Shown here in pieces: positions 41,979-49,110 of a stretch of 64,000 nucleotides of DNA. Positions within the stretch are counted from its first letter, which is position 1, and every line of letters starts with the position of its first letter. The notes below the pieces were generated by a model. It saw nothing but the letters and a program-made list of their open reading frames with translations. It was not told where the DNA came from and searched no databases. The translations under genes and the position numbers were made by a program. Source of the DNA: an uncultured Methanomassiliicoccales archaeon (GTDB taxonomy: Archaea; Thermoplasmatota; Thermoplasmata; RBG-16-68-12; EA-27); assembly GCA_964396265.1 (NCBI GenBank), contig CAYNEM010000013.1:1681-65680 (forward strand). The letters run 5' to 3'.

Positions 41979-44900
41979 TCACCTCTCCTGTGTCGCGGCC
42001 TCTACCGCCGGCGCCCGCCGCCCGAGGGGGAGTTTGCCCTCGATCCGCGCGGCGGCCGGCTTCATGTTTCCTCGCCTCGCGATGCGCTTGCGCGTGAGGA
42101 CCACGGACAAAACGAGAACGCCCGCGACAAGGATGCTCGGGAACTCCGGGATCTGCAGGTGACCCCACGTCCCTGGGTTGTTCTGGTTGACGTTGTCGGA
42201 ACCCCAAGTGTAGGTCGTGAAGGTGGTGTCGTCAAACCCGAGGACCGCGAAACCGGCGACCTGGTTCGCGCTCGTCGAGTTCGTGCCCCAGACATCCCAG
42301 AAGGAGATGCTGAACTCGTACACCTGCCGGGAGTTGTTGAACGCCCCCACCGCTGACGGCGAGGAGCACGAGCCGCTACAGGACACCCAGCCCGCCCCAT
42401 TCCCTTTTTCTGAGGTCAGAGAGCCGCCGCTCGTCACCCGGAACCGCCGATCGTCGCTCTGGGGCACAGATCCTCCGTCGTGGTTCCTGTCGAACACCAA
42501 TCGGCCCGAATCGACGGCGCCGTCATCGGTCGTGTCCGCGGTCACCTCGAGGCACACGTAGACGCGCGAGCTCGCCGACCGGCGGCCGACGAGGAACTTC
42601 AGGTTCGCGTTGCTCAGCTCGTCCGCGCCATGGTACTCGCTTGAGCTCGTGCCGCAGTTTCCATCCACGGTCGGGATGTTCGTGAGCGGCTTCGCGAGGG
42701 CCGTCAGGGCGTTCGTCCCGTGCAAGGGTATCAAGCCCGGACTCGCGCGGGTCCCATCCTGTTCCTCCGGCTCTGTCGCGTCCGCGGCCCCGGACCAGTC
42801 CGCCGTGATGACGATCACCCACTTTCCCTCGACCGCTGCGTCAGGGATGAGGGCGCCCGCCTCAAGCTCCTCGGCACCCAGACCCGTCGCTACCGGAGCT
42901 TCCCATTCCCACTCCGTCCCCGACCAGCGATAGGCGCTCGCGTTGTCGACCTGGCCCCCCCGGCCCTGAACATCGACGAAGCGGTCGAAGGAACGCCCGC
43001 CGAGCGTGATGCCGCCCCCCACCTCATCTGTACCGAGGTAGAAACGCACGTAGTCGCGCCCGACACGCGGTGGCGGAGGCGGCGGAGCGGCAGAAGCGCC
43101 GGGTGCACCCTCCCCGTCCGGCTCAGGCCTCAACAGGCGATCCGGCACGAGGCTGCCCTCCAATGCAGGTCCGAGGAGCCTCACGTACAGGAAGACCTGG
43201 TCCCCTGCGGCGAACGCGTCCCGGCTCACGATATTCATGGAGGATCTGCTGACACCGCGAAGATCTGTCTCGTCCGATTCTGGATTGGGCCAGTCCGCGA
43301 AGAGACCGTCAATACGCTTCAAGTTCTCGGGTGGGGGCTGTCCCACGTAGGCCCGGGCCTCGAATCCGACGACGGCGAACGGTCGATCCGCCACGACGGA
43401 AACGACTCCTGCGGACACGAGCGACCCTTGAGGAAGCGCCATGGGGTCCGCCGTAACCACGCGGGTCACCGGGGTCCCTTCGACGACCTCGAGGTCCTCT
43501 GGAATCGCCGCGAACGCCGCACCGGCACTCGTACGAAGCTCGACGCGTTGCACGTGAACCCGAGCCCCTGCTCCGATCGCCTCGAACCGGAGCGCGAGAA
43601 ACGGCTGGTGCCCGCTCTGCAGTGTCGTGACAAGGACCTGTTGCGTCACACGAAGCGCGCCGAGGGCAAGGCCGATGGGAACGACGGTGTGGCTCGTCTC
43701 TCCCGCGTTGTCATCCGAGGCGAACCTCGCGCGCAGGGAGGTCGGAGCGAGCTCCGCGAGGAGGTACGTCGGCACCTCAACCTCGAGCTCCCGACCGTTC
43801 GCCGCCGCTGACAAATCGACATCGCGCTTCCAGCCATTCCAGTCCGCACGATTGTCCCCCTCGAACCGCATTATGACCGCCTGCTCCACGACGCCGCCCG
43901 ATCCGGAAACTCGTGCCAAGTAGTCCGCGCCGAGCTCCCCCAGGTCGTATCCCGTGGTCAGATTGCCATCGACGTCGAGGAATCCATGGACCGTATCGTA
44001 GTCCAATGGGTCTGCGAGTGCGGATCCCGCGACTTCGACTCGGAAGAAGAGGGAGGCATCCGCAAGCTTGAGCGACACGGACTGAATGCGCACGTTCGGA
44101 CTCGTCGTGAAAGTTCCTTCCGCATAAGCGGGGACAGCCTTCCAGTCATCGAAGGAGCCGTCGATGGAAATCTCGCGTACTTGCGGCGGGGGAGAGAGGA
44201 GTTGAACCATGGTGGCCGTGGCCATCAGGAGGGCGGCCGCGATCACTATGTGCCGCGGGAGGAACCGTCCGCGTGGTGGAGCAACCGGTGGGGGAGGAAT
44301 TGCGTTCGGGATTCCAATCCCGTTGACGAGCCCGTTTACACGTCCATTGCCCTTGGCCGGTCCGCGTCCATTGACCAGCCCGTTGACGCGGCCAGTCCCG
44401 TTCGCGACTCCGCGTCCATTGACCAGCCCGTTGACGCGGCCAGTCCCGTTCGCGACTCCGCGTCCATTGACCAGCCCGTTGACGCGGCCAGTCCCGCTCG
44501 CGACTCCGCGTCCATTGACCAGCCCGTTGACGCGGCCTGTCCCGTTCACGTGGCTGTCGTTGTTCCTTTTCAAGTCGGTCGGCCGATGCCCGGGCGACCA
44601 AAGCCGAGACCAGCCCGGCGATTCGCTGATCAAACCACGACGTTGCGAGGCCGTGGGATCCGACTGTGCCCTATGTCCCTCCCTGAGGAGTTGCGCCGAC
44701 GCCGGGCCGAACCCAGAAAACGCCGGAAGCGCAGGCAGGCCGTCCGACGCGTTGCCCCGTGGGGAGACCTCCTCATACGTGTACCAAGAGGAGCAAGCTG
44801 GAGCCGGAGGATCCCCGTACCTAGAACTTGCGCGAGGCACGCCCGTGCAAACGAACCTGGTCGGATTCGTTGACCCACATCGAACGCAAGCGATTTCTGG

Positions 44901-45017
44901 ACCGGCCTGCCTGAGGAGATCCGCGACGGCGGTGGAGTTGCAACGAGGACAGACCGAGAGGGGTTGAAGGCTTCCGGAGCATTGCGGGCACCGGTGAAAG
45001 CGATCGAGCCGAAGCAT
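41979..45017 (-). CDS. Giant surface protein: cytoplasmic double zinc ribbon, 16-aa tandem repeats, TM, ectodomain of about 700 aa, PEF-CTERM-like anchor
   Basis: 'CPQCSGSLQPLSVCPRC' and 'CVRCGSTNPTRFVC'. Five repeats of 'GTGRVNGLVNGRGVAN'. TM 'HIVIAAALLMATATMVQLL'. The C-terminus 'LQIPEFPSILVAGVLVLSVVLTRKRIARR' is a PEF motif plus TM plus basic cluster, followed by about 30 more residues. Confidence 0.8.
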   Translation of the reverse strand: MLRLDRFHRCPQCSGSLQPLSVCPRCNSTAVADLLRQAGPEIACVRCGSTNPTRFVCTGVPRASSRYGDPPAPACSSWYTYEEVSPRGNASDGLPALPAFSGFGPASAQLLREGHRAQSDPTASQRRGLISESPGWSRLWSPGHRPTDLKRNNDSHVNGTGRVNGLVNGRGVASGTGRVNGLVNGRGVANGTGRVNGLVNGRGVANGTGRVNGLVNGRGPAKGNGRVNGLVNGIGIPNAIPPPPVAPPRGRFLPRHIVIAAALLMATATMVQLLSPPPQVREISIDGSFDDWKAVPAYAEGTFTTSPNVRIQSVSLKLADASLFFRVEVAGSALADPLDYDTVHGFLDVDGNLTTGYDLGELGADYLARVSGSGGVVEQAVIMRFEGDNRADWNGWKRDVDLSAAANGRELEVEVPTYLLAELAPTSLRARFASDDNAGETSHTVVPIGLALGALRVTQQVLVTTLQSGHQPFLALRFEAIGAGARVHVQRVELRTSAGAAFAAIPEDLEVVEGTPVTRVVTADPMALPQGSLVSAGVVSVVADRPFAVVGFEARAYVGQPPPENLKRIDGLFADWPNPESDETDLRGVSRSSMNIVSRDAFAAGDQVFLYVRLLGPALEGSLVPDRLLRPEPDGEGAPGASAAPPPPPPRVGRDYVRFYLGTDEVGGGITLGGRSFDRFVDVQGRGGQVDNASAYRWSGTEWEWEAPVATGLGAEELEAGALIPDAAVEGKWVIVITADWSGAADATEPEEQDGTRASPGLIPLHGTNALTALAKPLTNIPTVDGNCGTSSSEYHGADELSNANLKFLVGRRSASSRVYVCLEVTADTTDDGAVDSGRLVFDRNHDGGSVPQSDDRRFRVTSGGSLTSEKGNGAGWVSCSGSCSSPSAVGAFNNSRQVYEFSISFWDVWGTNSTSANQVAGFAVLGFDDTTFTTYTWGSDNVNQNNPGTWGHLQIPEFPSILVAGVLVLSVVLTRKRIARRGNMKPAAARIEGKLPLGRRAPAVEAATQER
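44317..44550. repeat. 48-bp in-frame tandem repeat (about 5 copies, 3 nearly identical)
   Basis: The unit CGTCCATTGACCAGCCCGTTGACGCGGCCAGTCCCGTTCGCGACTCCG starts at 44365, 44413, 44461 and 44509, with a degenerate copy upstream. It encodes the GRVNGLVNGRG repeats of the giant protein. Confidence 0.9.
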
Positions 45018-45392
45018 CTAGGCCTCCGAGCGGTTCGCATTCCCACACGGTCGGCGAGTGAGCCCGACGGACTCAGAATCCGCGTCGGCAAGACGGATCG
45101 AGTCTCGGGCGGTGTCAGAGGGTCCCGGAAGGGAAAAAGGCAGGCCCGGACGGTCAGGACGAACCGGACACGCGGGGTAAACGCTTCCGGTCGAAAAGAT
45201 GGTTTCGTTCGACATTTGGCCTGCCTTGCGGAATCTTGCCGCTTTCGGGCGACGTTTGATAGCAAGTAATGACGCTTTCCATCCGAGTATCAAAAATAAG
45301 AACGGAAAGCAGCGCGTACAAAGAGATGGATTTCACGAGACATTATTATATACATCATCATATTTATTAGCCCCTCCGTCAATTACCGTAGT

Positions 45393-45599
45393 GTGCCTCG
45401 ACGAGCGACGTCGCATCGGAGTTCGACGAGCATCGGGGTCCGAGCGCCCCAGCCGCTGCTGGCGCGGATCGATGCTTTGGTACGAACCGGTCTCTACCGA
45501 TCACGGGCCGAGGTCATCCTCGACGCCCTGAGACGATCCATGGAAACCCTCGAGCGCGAGGCAGGCCTTCAACGTCTCACGGGTCCTGCCCGCCCGTAG
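45393..45599 (+). CDS. Ribbon-helix-helix (CopG/NikR-like) DNA-binding protein
   Basis: 'IGVRAPQPLLARIDALVRTGLYRSRAEVILDALRRSME' is a beta-strand plus two helices RHH pattern. The GTG start is preceded by AT-rich TTATTATATAC at about 45343. Confidence 0.65.
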   Translation: MPRRATSHRSSTSIGVRAPQPLLARIDALVRTGLYRSRAEVILDALRRSMETLEREAGLQRLTGPARP

Positions 45600-45656
45600 C
45601 GAAGTGACGGCGAAGTCCCCCGAGGTCGCCGGACCGCGGGCAAACGTCCTAGAGGA

Positions 45657-46139
45657 TCAGGCGCCCGCGACGCCCTGAACCATCGGAAACGACCTCTTGA
45701 GTTCATCGAGTTCCCAGGACGTGAGCGTGCGCGTGTCGATGGGGATGATGCACCCGGCGCCGTTCTGCTGCAGCATCGCTTGGATGCGGAGGAGGAAGTC
45801 GCGGACCTGCTCGTAACCGTTCACGACCATGAGGAGTTCGACGCCGTCGATGAGGATGGCCGCGTCGGGATTGCGCTCCAGGAACGACTCGATGAGGCCG
45901 GAGATCCGCTTGAGGCGGAAGGGGCTCAGGGCGCGCGCGTCCCCCCTTGTGACGAGCCAATAGTGCTCGGCGCCATTCATGGGGTACCTCGCCCGGACCC
46001 GTTCCGGAGGCTCCCGGGTGATGCAGAGCACCTTGCGCCCGGACCCCGCCAGCTGGCCGAGGAGGCGATGGCTCAGGTCCGGCTTACGCTCGTCCACAAG
46101 GACAACAGGCCCCACTGTCAGCGCGTGCGAGGGTTCCAT
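45657..46139 (-). CDS. DUF835 protein
   Basis: 'VVLVDERKPDLSHRLL...VLCITREPP...HYWLV...RISGLIESFLE...AILIDGVELLMVVNGYEQVRDFLLRIQ'. Confidence 0.85.
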   Translation of the reverse strand: MEPSHALTVGPVVLVDERKPDLSHRLLGQLAGSGRKVLCITREPPERVRARYPMNGAEHYWLVTRGDARALSPFRLKRISGLIESFLERNPDAAILIDGVELLMVVNGYEQVRDFLLRIQAMLQQNGAGCIIPIDTRTLTSWELDELKRSFPMVQGVAGA

Positions 46140-46188
46140 GGCGATCCCAGACGGATGCCTTTCCCCTGGAGCCTATAAGTCAATTATC

Positions 46189-46222
46189 GGAACATGTTCC
46201 ATTTTAGAGAGCCATTATATAG
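46189..46222 (+). promoter_or_regulatory. 12-bp perfect palindrome GGAACATGTTCC followed by a TATA box
   Basis: Palindrome at 46189-46200. ATTATATAG at 46214-46222 lies 24 nt before ATG 46246. Confidence 0.55.
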
Positions 46223-46245
46223 GCGCGGATTCATCGAAGTTGCCG

Positions 46246-48936
46246 ATGGCGGCAGGGGTTGCGCGGAACCCCTATTACAAGCGAAAGTTGTTCTACGACA
46301 CGCGGGACCGCATCCTGCTGCACCTCCTGGAGTTCGTGGGGTTCGAAGACGACTTCGCCCTCCCTGACCAGATGACCCAGTTCGGGATCGCCGACGGGAT
46401 CCGCCTCGTCCGGAGCACGGTCTCGAAGTCGATCCGGGGGCTCATGAAGGAGGGGCTCGTCCGGGGCTCGCGCGCCCACGTGCCGTCCGGTTCGATCCGT
46501 CGCACCGTGTACGTGCTCTCGCAGGATGGCGTCGACGCCGCGAACCGGCGTCGGAGGGAGATCGAGGAGGAGATCGTCCTGTTCCGCGATTCCTCGGGCG
46601 AAGGGCGGAAGCTGCGCATGGGCGACATTCCCAACCTCATGACGGACTTCGCGACCCTCTTCGACGTCGTGACCCATGTTTCGAAGGGCGTGTTCGACCT
46701 CGCCTCGTTCAAGACGCGCCGCGGGAAGCTCGTGGACCTGACCGACCGCATGTCGAGGATACGCCACTTCTTCGGACGCGAGGCCGAACTGGCGAGGGCC
46801 GAGGCATGGCTTGAGAGTCCGGCCGAGCGGGTCCTCGTCATCACGGGCCTGGCAGGGATCGGGAAGACGACCTTCCTGGCCCGGAAGCTCGACGATTGGC
46901 GGGAGCGCCGCCATCTCCTCTTCCACCGGATCCTCCCGTGGACGACGCTCCGGGGCGTCGCGCTGCAGATCGCAGAGTTCCTCACCCGCATAAGCCGGAA
47001 GGGACTCGCCCAGTACCTCGACGCCACCCAGGGAACGGACATCGAGCAGATGGTCGGGATACTCGCGGCGGACTTGGATGGAGTATCGGTCGTCCTCGTG
47101 TTCGACGACTACCACAACGCAGAGCCTGCGATCCGGAACTTCTTCTATGCGTTCCGGGCCATGCTCGAGACCATCAAGGACGCGAAACTCATCGTCGCTG
47201 GCCGCAACGTCAGGCCGTTCTACGACCGACGGGATGTCCGCATCAAGGAGACGGTTCGCGAGATCGCTCTGGGCGGACTCGATCCCGAGAGCGCGCGGAA
47301 ACTGCTGCAGACCCGGAACGCCCGACTTCCGGAGGCGGAGCTGGACGCCCTGGTTCGACGTACCCGGGGTCATCCGCTGTTCCTCGAGCTCGCCGACCTC
47401 CACGGCGGCGGCGTCGCGGCCGACATCCACCGATTCCTGAACGAGGAGCTGTTCTCGAAGATCACGCCGGTCGAAACCCGCGCGCTGACCCTCGCTTCGG
47501 TCTTCCGCAGTCCCGTGTCCGCGGACGCGCTCCAGGAAGAGGAGGGAGTCGAGCCGGGCACGATCCGGAGCCTCGTCGAGCAGACGTTGCTCCTCGAGGT
47601 CTCCACCAAGGTTTTCGACGTCCACGACCTGATCCGGTCGGCGATTATCGAAATCGCAAGCGCCAAGGAACGGAAACGGTTCCATGGGATGGCTGCCCGG
47701 TTCTACCTTTCCACGGCGGAACCGCGGGCACTCGAGGGGCTGTTCCACCTCGTCGAAGCGGACGACTTCACGGCGGCGGCACGCCTCGCTGTCACGGACG
47801 GGCGCGGGATATTGAAACACGAGACGCAGGAGCTGCTCGGCATTCTGGACCGACTGCTGCCCCGCATCGACGATCCTGCGCAGAATCTCGAGCTACGGCT
47901 CCTCCGGGCTCAAGCGCTGGACATCCGGGGGGAGCTTGACGGAGCGATCCGGATCTATCGGGACATCATCCAGACGACGAGCGGACCTGGGTTCGAGCGG
48001 AAGATCGCGGGGGCCCACCATCAACTTGGGGACATCTACCGCAGACTTGGGGAAAACGAGGCCGCCGAGGAACGCCTCGAAGCAGGACTGGCCCTCTACC
48101 GCGCCTCGAAGGACGCCTCGGGCGAGGCGAGGGTTCTCCACGCCCTGTCCATGCTCGCGGAAGGGCGCGGTGACATCCAACGATCCGAACGTCTCTGTGA
48201 CAGGTCCCGGGTGCTCGCTCGGCAACTCGGGATGAAGGAACTCGAAGCGGAGTTGGAGGTCGCGGTGGCGCGGTACCTCGATCACCGGGGTGATCACAAG
48301 ACCTCCCTAGAACGAAAACGCCACGCCTTGGCCCTCGCCGAGTCTCTCGGGGATTGGCATCTCCTCGCGAAACTGCACATCTCGCTGGGAGCCGGGTATC
48401 ACTTCCTCAACCAGCACAACGAGGCGGCACTGGAGTACGAACAGGGGATCCAGCTCGCTCGCCGCATCGGAAACCTGCGGATGCTCGCCTTCGGGTTGTA
48501 CAATGCAGCGGGGGTCTACCTCCGCAGGGAGGACTTCGTGCGTGGAGAACCCGCCCTTAAGGAAGCGGGCGCGCTCTTTCACAAGCTCGGCGACCCCGTA
48601 AACGAAGCGCTGGTCCTGCTCTATGAAGGCTCGATGTGGTCGAAGCTGGGAAAGTGGGGCCTGGGGAAGGCAAGGTTCTCGGAATGCGTAGAACGGCTAC
48701 GCCGGGCCTCCAGCCCCGCGGATCTGGTCCGGTCCCTCTATGCGTTCTCCTGGCACACGCATTTGCACGGGGAAGCTGACGCAGCTCTCCGACTGGTTGA
48801 CGAGGCCATCGCCATAGCCCGGAGGATCCGAATGAAAGCCTTGGTGGTGGAAATGCAGGACTATCGCGAGCGATACGCGAAAGGCGTTGTCAAAGGCCCC
48901 GGTGGCGTGCCGCGTAGCGTTCCGACTCCGGGATGA
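46246..48936 (+). CDS. wHTH - STAND/AAA ATPase - TPR signal-transduction protein
   Basis: N-terminal MarR-like wHTH ('GIADGIRLVRSTVSKSIRGLMKEGLV...RTVYVLSQDG'). Walker A 'ITGLAGIGKTTFLARKL' and Walker B 'VVLVFDDYHNAE'. The C-terminal 400 aa are TPR-like repeats ('HHQLGDIYRRLGENEAAEERLEAGLALY...'). Confidence 0.85.
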   Translation: MAAGVARNPYYKRKLFYDTRDRILLHLLEFVGFEDDFALPDQMTQFGIADGIRLVRSTVSKSIRGLMKEGLVRGSRAHVPSGSIRRTVYVLSQDGVDAANRRRREIEEEIVLFRDSSGEGRKLRMGDIPNLMTDFATLFDVVTHVSKGVFDLASFKTRRGKLVDLTDRMSRIRHFFGREAELARAEAWLESPAERVLVITGLAGIGKTTFLARKLDDWRERRHLLFHRILPWTTLRGVALQIAEFLTRISRKGLAQYLDATQGTDIEQMVGILAADLDGVSVVLVFDDYHNAEPAIRNFFYAFRAMLETIKDAKLIVAGRNVRPFYDRRDVRIKETVREIALGGLDPESARKLLQTRNARLPEAELDALVRRTRGHPLFLELADLHGGGVAADIHRFLNEELFSKITPVETRALTLASVFRSPVSADALQEEEGVEPGTIRSLVEQTLLLEVSTKVFDVHDLIRSAIIEIASAKERKRFHGMAARFYLSTAEPRALEGLFHLVEADDFTAAARLAVTDGRGILKHETQELLGILDRLLPRIDDPAQNLELRLLRAQALDIRGELDGAIRIYRDIIQTTSGPGFERKIAGAHHQLGDIYRRLGENEAAEERLEAGLALYRASKDASGEARVLHALSMLAEGRGDIQRSERLCDRSRVLARQLGMKELEAELEVAVARYLDHRGDHKTSLERKRHALALAESLGDWHLLAKLHISLGAGYHFLNQHNEAALEYEQGIQLARRIGNLRMLAFGLYNAAGVYLRREDFVRGEPALKEAGALFHKLGDPVNEALVLLYEGSMWSKLGKWGLGKARFSECVERLRRASSPADLVRSLYAFSWHTHLHGEADAALRLVDEAIAIARRIRMKALVVEMQDYRERYAKGVVKGPGGVPRSVPTPG

Positions 48937-49030
48937 TGGTCGATCAGGTGGGGTTCTTTGGCGGCAAGTCCGGATCCATGGTGCATGCACCTCCGCGCGC
49001 CCACGGAGACCTGGCCCTCATCAACGCTCT

Positions 49031-49051
49031 TGGAACATGTTCCAAATTTTG
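49031..49051 (+). promoter_or_regulatory. Second copy of the GGAACATGTTCCA palindrome with an A/T tract
   Basis: TGGAACATGTTCCA at 49031-49044 is followed by AATTTT. It sits in the intergenic region about 65 nt upstream of the likely arcS start. Confidence 0.45.
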
Positions 49052-49110
49052 GGAATGAACCCCATCCCGGGGTACAAAAACGACTTCTAGGGTGGCATCT
49101 GTCCCGCCGT

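Noticed and set aside
44317-44550. Regularly spaced repeats that could be mistaken for a CRISPR array.
   Set aside because: The units are directly adjacent (48-bp period, no unique spacers) and in frame inside a long coding sequence. They translate to a peptide repeat, and no cas genes are nearby.
45018-45392. AT-richer 375-bp region upstream of the giant operon, with small ORFs (45154..45336(-), 60 aa with a signal-like N-terminus; 45018..45293(-)).
   Set aside because: This is most simply a divergent promoter and leader region for the operon and the RHH gene. The small ORFs lack support. I did not call a specific operon promoter because no convincing TATA lies within 100 nt of ATG 45017.
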